NCBI GenBank assembly: GCA_900617105.1
Contig: UYFQ01000130.1
Location: 1 to 38,678, forward strand
Reading direction: 5' to 3'
Source: Hydrurus foetidus
Lineage: Eukaryota
Length of the DNA stretch: 38,678 nt
Part shown: in pieces, positions 20,623 through 32,412 of the stretch
Layout of the letters: each line of letters starts with the position of its first letter
Numbering within the stretch: position 1 is the first letter of the stretch
Program-made: the position numbers and the translations under genes
The notes under the pieces: model-generated
Database searches by the model: none
Seen by the model: only the letters and a program-made list of their open reading frames with translations
Told to the model about the DNA's origin: nothing

Positions 20623-22190
20623 TTAGCGTCTCTCCTGTATTCAGACTTGCCTCCATATTCGACTCATTGAACCTTTCTTTGACCGCTTTCCCCCACTCCA
20701 ATAGATCTTTTAAAGAGATGTCGCATTCATTTGCCTTGTCGATCAGTATTGTCAGTAGCTCATGTCTCGGGTACTTGCTTCGCATCTCAGGCAGGTACAT
20801 CAGGACAGTGGCAAACATGCACAGTGCGAGAGGCCATAACTTGCCATTCGCGTGCATGTCGGGGACGGAGCAGTGGAATAGTTTCACGACAAGATTGCCA
20901 ATTCGAGTCATATTGCGTGAGTCCAAGAAACAACACTCCGGTTGGTGCACGGTCGAGTGAGAGTCTCTCCAACCAGCTAGCGCTCGACCGGCGCATGATA
21001 TTGGGTATTGAATCCCTTCTATATAGATGAATAATCTGCTGATGCCTTTTGCCTCCCAGCCGCCCCGGAGGACAATGTCGATGAATCTTGTTGTCTTGTG
21101 GGAAGATAAGAGACTCGCCGCTCCGACTCTGATACATATAGCTTAGTTTAGTGCTGTGCACACCTTGACATTAATTTGAAACAGTTCAACATACCTTAAT
21201 GAAGTCCCCTCGTAGTCTTTACAGCTGTCAGCAATCGATTTGTCTGCGCAATCTGCCAAGGCCTCTCTGATATACTTTGTGACAAGTGACGATGCAGAAT
21301 CCAGATTCCTAGCAAGGTCTGGAAGTATCCAATTAGACGGGGTTCCTTTGCTAAGTTTCGAATTTCCACCACCCATGATCAAATAAGACGCCATTGCGTG
21401 ATAAAAGTCAATCTCCATCGAGGAAACGTCGGAGAAGAAGTTCATGGGGTCCGAGTCCCCTTAGAATTTCGCGGTTAGAACAAGAGCGATCAGTGAATTA
21501 GTGATCTAGATTAGTTTTTACAAGAGTTCAAGATTTCTACACACCAGTCTTTTTTTCGTTCCAATTTATCAAAAGGTTCCCAAGTTGCCGATCCCAAATG
21601 GCAGATGTCCAAGTAGACAAAGCCGACTCCCCAGATCTTCCAACCGCGAGAAATGTCATAACTATTGCGAGACGTCGCTTCATTGCCTCTGCAGTTCCCA
21701 TAGACATCAACGTCTCGTTGATAGAAAGTAGCAAACTTCGACCAATAGCTTGAGAGCTCTCCGACACGGCAAAACCATTGATCATTTGCCGACGACTGAT
21801 GTTTGTCTCGATGGCAAGACGCAGATAAGGATACCACGTATCGAGGGACTTCTCGATCCAAAAAGGGTTTGTCGAGAACTTTTTCTGTGCATGCTCCTTT
21901 AATGCTGATAGATACTGTATCGCTGTCCCAGGCATCAACAATAATCCAGTGCTTTTCCTTTTTGCATGCTCTGCCAGGTACGTAGCAAACTCTTTGAAAA
22001 ATTCCTGCTTGCAGATTTCACTCTCGGACAGCCTTCCAAGAGAAGCGATTCCTTTAGTATCCAAACCAATCTGTTTGTTGGAGCAGAAAATATCTGCATG
22101 CCTTAATGCAGAAACTCTGCCAGCCTCTGTTGATTTGGACGAACCACATGTAGCCATGGCTTTGTAGATTACAGGAACGATTGCGGCCAT
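20623..22190 (-). pseudogene. 5' part of YR gene B (exons 22190-21545, 21459-21195, 21128-20623), interrupted by Gypsy B
   Basis: GRSGE, KKTG-DSDPMNFF, GTSLR-VGAA, RGGW, LFIY; introns of 85 and 66 bp give an open frame colinear with gene A. Confidence 0.85.
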
Positions 22191-22348
22191 CGGCAAGAAT
22201 AGGTTCTTTCGCAGTGCTTTTCGTACTGAATTTTTTGCTACAGCGCTGTTGCATGAGCTTCATAATCATCTTAATTGCCGCACTTCGCAGCAGTGCTGAA
22301 CATTGATGACGTGATCGTAAGGCATCGTCAGGAGGGAGATCTTGAAAT

Positions 22349-22379
22349 TTCCCACCATCCCTTTGGGGGACAGTGGGAA
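22349..22379. other. Second putative YR recombination site (13-5-13, arms match at 11/13)
   Basis: TTCCCACCATCCC-TTTGG-GGGACAGTGGGAA preceded by GAAAT, as at 10963. Confidence 0.6.
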
Positions 22380-22893
22380 GTCATAGGAATTTTATTCAAA
22401 AATGATGGTTGCAATTGTAGATTCGATTCTAGATGCATCAACGTCGACGTCTCAAATAGTAATTTCTTTTCCATACAGTCGGGGTCGGCTGGAGCCGACG
22501 TTTAATATGGAGTGATACGGCGATTGTATCTCCTCAAATGATAACATTTTATTCCATCTTATTATCTGTCTATTCGATAGATCTTGAGCAGGCGTGTATG
22601 GTAGACTGATTACATTTTTTATTTTTTAGTTACTGAAGGAGGAGATGACTTTTCTATTCTACACTCAAAGTCGCTGATGTGGCACTGACCGTACGTACAG
22701 GTCTCACGCATACGTACGTACTTCAAAAATGTGCGTACGGATGCCGTGAGGTACATCAAAATGAGTGGAATTCAAGCATGTATCTGCGTCAACCCGCTGA
22801 CTTAAAAATACGGGAATTTCTGGAGGTATTTTGCTGTCGAGAAGTCTTGAAGGACCGGCATTCAAACGACGGCTCCCAGCTCTCACAATAAAA

Positions 22894-23490
22894 ATGCCTA
22901 AAAAGAGTTTTCGATCGAGGTTGGCAAGATCTCAACGATCAGATGCGTCAAATGTCTTCGTGAGCACCAAGGAAGTACAGGACGAACTGGAAGAACTATG
23001 GTGTTCAGATGACGAATTATGCCCCATTCCAAGTTTCTTGATAGATGACGCTGACATTGAGCACAGCGAAGATGACGAAGAGAAAGATGAAGAATTTGAA
23101 CTGAATGTCCCCGACATGGAATCATTAACCGAATTGATAAGTGATGTGAAAGCAACAGAGAAAAGATGGAGGGAGACGGGTTTTAATGCAGGAGTTCGAG
23201 GATATGGCACGAGCAAAAGAACTTTCTACAGAAATAATGCGAAGGTAGCACAACGAGTCGCAAGCGGTGAAGGTTCCACAGGGCTAATGTCATGGTTGAG
23301 GTCACACACTTCGACCGACAACTTGGATTTGGCGAGTTCAATCTCAACCTTTGAAGCGGAAGCAAACGACGATGTAGATATAGAGAACAACATTGAGAAT
23401 GATGAAACCGATTACTTGGAACACAACGATATATTTGATGAGATTCTTAATTGCGATACTAACGAAGAGGGTACTCGAGGCAGTAGCAGT

Positions 23491-23528
<38 letters not shown>

Positions 23529-25391
23529 TAGAAATAATAGAAGTAATAGGACAAGCAATAAAGAAATTGTCAAAAATAAATACAGCAGAAGTGAAGCAAT
23601 TGCATTACTTCTTAATACTCACGCGAATGTTTCAAGAAATGTGGCCGTCGAATTGAAGAAAGGTTTGCAGCATTATCAAATTCTGCAGGCGACAGCAATC
23701 GCTAAATACTTTCAGTTACTTGAAGAAGGTACTCCTGTCATGAAAGCGAGTTACTTAGTTGCTTCTTTTCTCTACAGAAAAACAGCAAGAAATTCCTATA
23801 AAGCTCGATGCATCCGAGGGTGGGCATCTTATTATCTTCAAACCGGAGAGTTAAGAAAGTTTATTCAGGGGACGAATGTCAAGACAACAAGTGTAATAAC
23901 AGACGAAAATGTGGCGTCACTATTCAAATCACATCTGCGTTTGATGAAAGATGAGGATCGATCACCTGTGTCATTTCAGTCACTATTGAATGAATCCCTA
24001 TTGATGGAAATCCCCGGTGCGCCTAAAACGATAAGCAGAAAGACTGCAACACGATGGTTATATCACTTAGGGTTTCAGCCACGGAAGCAAAGGAAGGGGT
24101 ACTACACAGACAATCATAACAGAGAAGATGTCATGAAATATAGAGACGAATCATTCTTACCTCAGATGCTTCAGTACGAAAGAAGAATGATGTACTTTGA
24201 AGGCGAAAATATGGATGTTGAATGTCCACCTACTCTACTTGATAGAGAGCGTCAAGTTGTACTGATAACACATGACGAAACAACATGCTACTGCTGTGAG
24301 GGGAAAGCATTTATGTGGATGGAGGATGGAAAAAATAAGTTGTTACCTAAAACAAAAGGCACCTCAATCATGATTAGCGGATTTGCTTGCAAATGTCATG
24401 GATTTTATGAAGAATTTATTGAAGACGTCCTAGTGAGGTCATTTCAATTTTTGAGGCAGGTACAGCAAGGGATGGATGGTTCACGAATGCTGATCTAGTC
24501 GCTCAGTTTGAGGTACTCACCCCACTCATAAAAAAGATGCATCCTGGATGCGATATTGTCATTGCTTTTGATAATAGCATGACTCACCATGCAAAGGTAA
24601 TGATTGCTATAATAATATTTTCGTTAATATTTGTGAATCAAAACTAAATTCATGCGATGATGCGTTAGGTACCCAATGGTTTGGACGTCAACTTTCTGAA
24701 GTTGAGTGACGGAATGTCATCAGGAACGAAGACATTGATGAAGGCAGGATGGTATATAGATGACAACAATGTGAGAGTCATTCAATCAATGCAGAACGAG
24801 AATGGGATCCAGAAAGGTGTGAGAACAATCCTCAAAGAAAGAGGTAAACATAGAAATGCACAAGGTCACGATCTACCGCTACAGTGTCGTTACTGTAAGA
24901 CCAAAGTCACTCCAGAAGAGAGAGCATTGGCAATATCTGATGGACACTTACAACAGAATTGCTGTGCATCTCATGTCCTCGCAAATGAGCCTGATTTCCT
25001 AGAACAAGATGAATGGTTGACAGAAGTAGTTCGTAAAGCGGGATTTGACATTATTTTTTATCCGAAGTATCATTGCGAATTGAATTTTATAGAAATGATG
25101 TGGGGGTGGATAAAAAGTTATCATCGTAGGACGTGCACTTACAATTACAAGGACTTAAAGCTTGCACTGCCAGAGACTCTCATGACGAAGATGCCTCTCG
25201 CCTTTGTAAGACGAGCTGAACGCCACTGCTCCCGATTTATGAGCGGATACAGGTTAGGCCTCGAAGGTCCTTTGCTAGACTTCTCCATGAAGAAGTATGC
25301 CAGTCATCGCTCCATTCCTGTAGGCGTAATCAATACATTAACAGCAGATTATGAAAGATATTCATCTAGCAAGAAAATAAAAAAGAATTAA
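22894..25391 (+). pseudogene. DDE transposase (IS630/Tc1-like) with a 1-nt frameshift in the T-run at 24448-24452 and an intron at 24597-24668
   Basis: LITHDETT (D1); shifted frame DGWFTN...IAFDNSMTHHAK (D2); FYPKYHCELNFIEMMW (E); ISRKTATRWLYHLGF HTH-like segment. Confidence 0.85.
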
Positions 25392-25443
25392 AATGTAGGT
25401 TATTATAAAGTTGAACTGTAATTTAAAAAAAACCAGCGTTGTC

Positions 25444-26178
25444 CCTGTGAAGTAACAACAAATGAGAATCTCGAGCAAACAATGCCAAACAGAATCAGGC
25501 AGAGTTGTCTCTGTAAAGTAACAACAAATGAGAATCTCGAGCAAACAATGCCAAACAGAATCAGGCAGAGTTGTCTCTGTAAAGTAACAACAAATGAGGA
25601 TGTCGAGCAAACAATGCCAAACAGAATCAGGCAGAGTTGTCTCTGTAAAGTAACAACAAATGAGAATCTCGAGCAAACAATGCCAAACAGAATCAGGCAG
25701 AGTTATCTCTGTAAAGTAATAACAAATGAGGATGTCGAGCAAACAATGCCAAACAGAACCAGGCAGAGTTGTCTCTGTAAAGTAACAACAAACGAGAATC
25801 TCGAGCAAACAATGCCAAACACAGTCGAGCAGAGTTATCTCTGTAAAGTAACAACAAATGAGAATCTCGAGCAAACAATGCCAAACAGAATCAGGCAGAG
25901 TTGTCTCTGTAAAGTAACAACAAATGAGAATCTCGAGCAAACAATGCCAAACACAGTCGAGCAGAGTTATCTCTGTGAAGTAACAACAAATGAGAATCTC
26001 GAGCAAACAATGCCAAACAGAATCAGGCAGAGTTGTCTCTGTAAAGTAACAACAAATGAGAATCTCGAGCAAACAATGCCAAACACAGTCGAGCAGAGTT
26101 GTCTCTGTAAAGTAACAACAAATGAGGATGTCGAGCGGACAATGCCAAACACAGTCGAGCAGAGTTATCTCTGTAAAC
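25444..26178. repeat. 66-bp minisatellite, about 11 copies with interspersed variants
   Basis: Unit AGTAACAACAAATGAGAATCTCGAGCAAACAATGCCAAACAG...TCTCTGTAA. Confidence 0.95.
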
Positions 26179-26974
26179 TAACATTGAATAATTCGTTGAG
26201 GATCTCCTAGATCAAACTGCTATTGACGGCGATGAGCTGCCCATCGCGAAGGTTATTATTTGTCACGTGGCAACGTGCTCAGTTGGAGGTAACTGATGTG
26301 GTCGTAGAGATGATTCTCGATTCAAAGTTGATAGACGTCTGCCCCCATTACTTCCGAATATTTCTTCTTCAACTAAAGACAGGATATGATAAAGCTTCTA
26401 TTAATGAAGCGTGGAAGTCATTGAGTAATCCCGAATGCTATACAGCGTGCTGAATTTCACTTGCTGTAGGAATATAAGTGAAAAGTCATACCTATTCAAT
26501 GAGGAGGCAGTTTAAATCTGCTCAGCGGCGACCCTTCGCGAAAAATGTTCTTGGGAGCAATTGTTCTAGCGCATTGTCTATGAGTTGGACCTTCCACAGG
26601 TATAATTTGGTTGGGATGAATCGTCTTTCCCAGCATTTCTGAATCGAATTCCACTTAAATTGAACGGGCAGGACGAATCTGAACCTATCGGACAGGACAG
26701 ATCCAAGATTGGACAAATGAATGAAACGAACAGACTCATCTGCTGAAAAAATGTGCTATAGCGCTGTGCGAAGTAGAGATGATTACCATACTCCGAGAAG
26801 TAGAACACTGTTATGTTCTGTTCTCATCTTTCAGGCCTGAACGTCCGTTAAAAAGAGAGGGGACTTCCGTTAAACCTGATCAAGATCCCCCTGGGGAAAA
26901 TCCCCCAGGGGAATTTATTTCGAAAATCGATGTGGCACAACATTTGGATTGTCGGCTACAGATGTCCCCGACTG

Positions 26975-28377
26975 TATTCCTCTGTATTCTCGCCGCTATC
27001 CGGCCATAAGATACCGTACCTCCCGGTTAAGGGGTTAACCTTTAAAGAACCCTTAAACCGGATAGGTACTCGTGAAAATGGGCTACTAATTAACTCTTGT
27101 GAATTGCCCTACAAGTGGCGTCACTCGCGCGCCTACTATTGTCCACCCACCCTATCCGCGTAGCCGCTGACTCAGTCGGCTGCGCTGGAATAGGATGGAC
27201 CGTGGACCCAGATAAGCCCTTCACCGGCTGGCGCGCGTGCGGTCAGACGAAACACATTTACACAAAATCTGTAATAGGAATGGTTGGCTACGGGGTAAAT
27301 AAAGTTGCTACGCTGCTGCAATGACCAGCAAGCAGGTGCAGTGGATCAAACGCTGCGGTCAAGTCGTGACCGCAGCGTTTCAAAAGATGTGATGCATGCA
27401 TGTGAGATAGCTATGCAACGAGACTTGCTTCTCTCAGTTATAAATCATGTGGATGGAAGACTATTCGGTATACGGGACTGCCCGGTCGCATGGAATTCCG
27501 ATCCAGAGAACCTATCCTACCCTCCGCAAGCTCCGATTATCCTCTAATTCTATTCCTCTGTATTCTCGCCGCTATCCGGCCATAAGATACCGGACCTCCC
27601 GGTTAAGGGGTTAACCTTTAAAGAACCCTTAAACCGGATAGGTACTCGTGAAAAGGGGCTACTAATTAACTCTTGTGATTTGCCCTACAAGTGGCGTCAC
27701 TCGCGCGCCTACTATTGTCCACCCACCCTATCCGCGTAGCCGCTGACTCAGTCGGCTGCGCTGGAATAGGATGGACCGTGGACCCAGATAAGCCCTTCAC
27801 CGGCTGGCGCGCGTGCGGTCAGACGAAACACATTTACACAAAATCTGTAATAGGAATGGTTGGCTACGGGGTAAATAAAGTTGCTACGCTGCTGCAATGA
27901 CCAGCAAGCAGGTGCAGTGGATCAAACGCTGCGGTCAAGTCGTGACCGCAGCGTTTCAAAAGATGTGATGCATGCATGTGAGATAGCTATGCAACGAGAC
28001 TTGCGTCTCTCAATTATAAATCATGTGGATGGAAGACTATTCGGTATACGGGACTGCCCGGTCGCTTGGAATTCCGATCCAGAGAACCTATCCTACCCTC
28101 CGCAAGCTCCGATTATCCTCTAATTCTATTCCTCTGTATTCTCGCCGCTATCCGGCCATAAGATACCGTACCTCCCGGTTAAGGGGTTAGCCTTTATAGA
28201 ACCCTTAAACCGGATAGGTACTCGTGAAAATGGGCTACCAATTAACTCTTGTGAATTGCCCTACAAGTGGCGTCACTCGCGCGCCTACTATTGTCCACCC
28301 ACCCTATCCGCGTAGCCGCTGACTCAGTCGGCTGCGCTGGAATAGGATGGACCGTGGACCCAGATAAGCCCTTCACC
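26975..28377 (+). repeat. 576-bp tandem repeat, about 2.4 copies (B-A-B-A-B'); possible 3' split direct repeats of a YR retrotransposon
   Basis: Unit starts at 26975, 27551 and 28127; the 253-bp A part (27297-27549) recurs alone at 32413-32665. Confidence 0.9.
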
Positions 28378-28664
28378 CACCACAACCTAGGGCGCTGCTG
28401 GTTGTCTTGTGCAGTGGTCTCCGCTGCACATGTGACTTCTCGCTATCATGCTCAGGTCATTAAGTCATGATACCCCGCCGCGAAACACCCTCTGCCCTGC
28501 AGCTGTCCTCGGTGACGCCCACTCTGTGCGGAAGTCAAATCTTCTATCCTGAGGTCGCGCTCTGTCCGACTCAAGCGGCTAGCTCGAACCCAAGCGGTTA
28601 CTCCAACGTTTGTCACGCACTAGCACTTGTTGAAGGCTTGCGCTGGGCAGCCACTGCGCCACGC

Positions 28665-28795
28665 TATGCTGCACTTCACTGTGCCGCACTGTACTGTGCT
28701 GCACTACACTGTAGTGCACTACACTGTACTGTACTGCACTACACTGTACTACACTACACTACACTATACTGTGCCGCACTGTACTGCACTGTACA
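28665..28795. repeat. Degenerate pentamer microsatellite (CACTG/TACTG/CACTA)n
   Basis: Visible 5-nt periodicity. Confidence 0.85.
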
Positions 28796-31729
28796 GCATC
28801 CCCTGCCCCGCCTTCTCCAATCAGCCAAAATGCTCGTCCCCTTCCCGGTCCAGTACGCCCCCCATAGACACATCGGGTCTCTCTACTTCCCTAGCTTATT
28901 CGTTTCGTTTTTTTAAAAAAATACGCTTACGCCGTTGATAACGAGAAAGATATTGCAGTTTATCCTCTATGTTGTGCTGCTGCTTGTAACTTATAAGCGG
29001 CACCGTAATAAGGGGGTCGCTAGACAGGGCAGACCATAGGGTCCCGGCTGAACATGCCTCCGCATTGATTTTATCGCAGCACACAGTCAGCACTGGATAA
29101 GGACCAGACCTTGACAGAAAAGTTGATCTTCCAGTCGTACGTTGTCGCGTTGTGTACGAAAAGGAAGTCTTCCAGTGGAGGGGTTCCGAATGTCTTGTAT
29201 CCCCAAGTGTTTGTGTACGTACGGGTCGTGAGTACGTGCCCCACACCACGCAGATATTGCAGAGCAATTGCCATGTCTCTGTCGAATGCGTCAAACGCTG
29301 TAGGAGGAGTGCTATGTCCCTCCAGGGCCAAGTGGAAATATCCGGATAGCACAATAGATCCAGTCGTACGTACGAGCACAGATGGCTCTTAACCATCTTG
29401 CACGGTAAATGCCTCTGCAGACGGCTGGCGCTGCCACGGCTGGCGCTGACACCCCCGATACCTCTGCGCCCTCTGTCGCACCTCGCACTAACCCAACGTG
29501 CACTGTGCCGAGCTTTCCGCCGGGATGGCCAGCCATCGCGCTTTATTTCTGAAAGGTAGATGTTGGTGCGGGTAAGGTGAGTCTCCGCTCTCTTATATGA
29601 TTATGGTAAGGGCTTGCACTCGTGTGCGTGCGCCCTTACTAGGGCCATAGTCGCGTGGTATCCTGACAGATACAGTATACCACGCGGATATAGCCCACAC
29701 ATATACAATGCACTGAGCTTTCTACCGTCAACATGACGGCAGGACTGCTACTCACTGTAGCAGTCGGGCCTTTTCTATGGCTACACACAAGTGCCGTAGA
29801 CAGTGCAAGGTGCTACAACACAAGTACAATCAGAGGCTTGTCATATCAAGCTTGTCACAAGTGCATAGACTGCATTCATACATTACAGGGCTGTTTCTTG
29901 TGCATGTGAAATCAGCCGTCACAGCGTGTACTGGGCCACACGACCACGACAGTACACACTCGACTCATTATCACACATGCACAGACAGTCACACCCATAA
30001 ATAACACACCAATCAACACTACGGGGCTGTTTCTTGCGCATGTGAAGATTGCCCAACCAGGACAGTCTGCTATCTTCGGCTCACTGGCCTCAGACGGTGT
30101 ATACCAGTCTACCACAGACGGTATACACCAGACGCCACTTGTCACACATGCACAGACAGACACACCCATTAGTGCTATGTTGTACGCACTCGAATGATAC
30201 TCATCATTCTTTGCTTACGCAGGGTGTGGATTCAACCTCGGTAAATCGGGTTGAATCCACAAAGCATCAACGCATACGCACACCACCAACACTATGGTGC
30301 CGTAAGTTCATATCAGCTTATCACTACTATGATCGCCTGCGATTTATCTATAACAATACACTCTCACCTAGAGGACATTGTTCTGCCGCGCCGCTCGTTG
30401 TGGCGTTGCCTTCTTGATGGAAGGCACTGCGAAGGGTTCACGCTAGATAACCGCTGCACCCGCCGCTGCATCCTTTCTTCGCTAGGATCTTGGGACTATC
30501 TGTTAAGGTAGTTTTATAACAGTGCTCGCTGCAGCAGTGCCTTCTAGACGGCTTGTACTAGATGGCAGCCGCACGGGTGGCTCACCGTGAAGAGCTGTGA
30601 GGCGTGTGACTGCTCCACCTTGCGGCCCCCGCATATTGATCATGTTGGCCGCTTCCCAAACGCCGAATTAGATTTCGCGGTTGGGCCCCTCCTACGGGAG
30701 GCGATGACGTGTAAGACCTGTCGTGTATCATTTGCATTGTCCAGGACTTCTAAATGCCTACGTAGACGATGCCGCTTTGGTACTTCAATTATCGATCTAA
30801 CCCATCGCGTACAGCACGCCTACCACTGGCGAAAACACCCCCAAAACCTTTTCGCGTTCTGAAGTATAATAAATTCGTTCGGGCTTCACTGAACTTCGAT
30901 CATTACTGATCACTTGTACCTTCGAATTCAATAGACGGAATGGTACTATTCAAAAGACGAAATAGTAACCTATATTTCGTCTCAAGTACATAAAAACATA
31001 TAATATTCCGTGTTTTAAGTAAATTCACGTTTTTTCTTTTTCTTTTTTCTCAAAGAGCTCTTCTCCACATAGAGCTTTTGTATCATTTCATTTCCTTCTA
31101 TATAGCCAAGAGTTTATTATTCATTTATAATCTTCTTGTTTCTTGCAAGAATAACCGTTTAACTGCTCTCATTCATTTATTCATTTTTGCTTTTAGTTTC
31201 ATTCTTTGATTTTTGATTCGATCAGGAGCAACTACTGACACTTTTAGTCGGATGAGGTAGATATTCATCATTTTCTACGTGTCTGGAATAATTTTCTAGG
31301 GAAAGACGGAATGATATCCTATATTTCGTATCCAGTACAGAAAATCGCATAATATTCCGTATTCCGAATCCATCCACTTCTCTTTTCTTCTCTCTCAAAG
31401 AACTGTTTTAGAGTAGAAGAAGGAGAGGAGTAGTTTCTGTAACAGTTCAATTATTTTCACTCATCTATTATTTATTTTTCATTCTCCTGCATTTTGCTTC
31501 ATTTTCCTTTCATTTGCGGTCACCTATGTGTTATTTGTTATTCTTTGATATTACTTCTCTATTTCTCATTTTCGATTTGATTCGAAGCAGATACTGATAG
31601 GCTGTGTCGCACAAGAAAGTTCCTGCGATTGTATCCACATCTTTATCTCCTCCTTTTTCTTTTACTTCGTTGTTGATCAGAATCCAAATTGTAGAACGTG
31701 AAATGCATTTTCTCTATGATGTACCACAA

Positions 31730-31814
31730 GCTCATCTGGCCAAGTGGTGTAGCGGTGTCGTCACAAAATAAGATGCTCAGAGTCGAGGGGTTGATCCCCT
31801 CAGCGGCCTCTTTT
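31730..31814 (+). pseudogene. Degenerate tRNA-like or SINE-head sequence
   Basis: A box TGGCCAAGTGG, T-arm-like GAGGGGTTGATCCCCTC, TTTT downstream; the acceptor stem does not pair. Confidence 0.4.
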
Positions 31815-32412
31815 ACTTACAGCATATGAGTCGTGGAATAAGCTACACGCAACCCCCTAATGAGCCACCTACTTCTCGTCGACAGTGCCGCCACATTGAC
31901 GTCCAAAAAGGAAATCTTAAGGTAGAGACGTGCCCCCGGTCTGATTCCAACTGATATCGGCGGTAGAATCCATTGCACGATTCTAACTCTAACAGCGGTG
32001 TCTCTATCCATTGCGAAGAGCTGATATCCCTTGCCTGTTCGCTCAGATCGATTGACAAAAGATGACCGCATAACTTGGACAGTGCTGATGCCCGGAAGAG
32101 ATGTGTCGAAACAGATTTAGTAGCCTTCTAAAGCGCCTCCATATTTCCTCCAAAGCTCTTTCACTGAACCTGGCATGCTGAACTACGCCCTTTTGTGCGT
32201 CTCCTTCTGAACGATCACTATGCCCGATAGCTAGCACATCCCACGCGCACAAGCGCCGCTCGCTCGCTGTCTCGACGCCCCCTCCATTCCTCGAGATATT
32301 GAGAGAGCGAAGTATTTCTCCATCGACATTTTTAAAGTCGTTGGAGAGTTCCAATTTCATATCCATCGCCTTGCCGTAAAATTTTTCACTGTCCCAATGT
32401 TACGCCGTTGCA

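Larger units (their letters stand above)
10981..22366 (-). mobile_element. Crypton-like YR element, unit B (about 3.9 kb once the nested Gypsy B is removed)
   Basis: Same layout as unit A; bounded by 31-bp palindromic sites at both ends. Confidence 0.75.
22476..26974 (+). mobile_element. IS630/Tc1/mariner-superfamily DNA transposon, 4.5 kb
   Basis: Imperfect 24-bp TIRs CAGTCGGGG...AGCCGAC (22476-22499 and 26951-26974), TA on both flanks, DDE transposase inside. Confidence 0.88.

Noticed and set aside
25362..26210. 236-aa and 242-aa repeat proteins on both strands
   Set aside because: They are by-products of a 66-bp (3n) minisatellite and have no unique domain.
22676..26938. GATGTGGCAC as a 10-bp target-site duplication
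   Set aside because: Both copies lie inside the TA-flanked TIRs, which explain the element ends better.
28467..29536. Overlapping 65-166 aa ORFs as genes
   Set aside because: They are partly microsatellite-derived, mutually overlapping, and show no recognisable motif.
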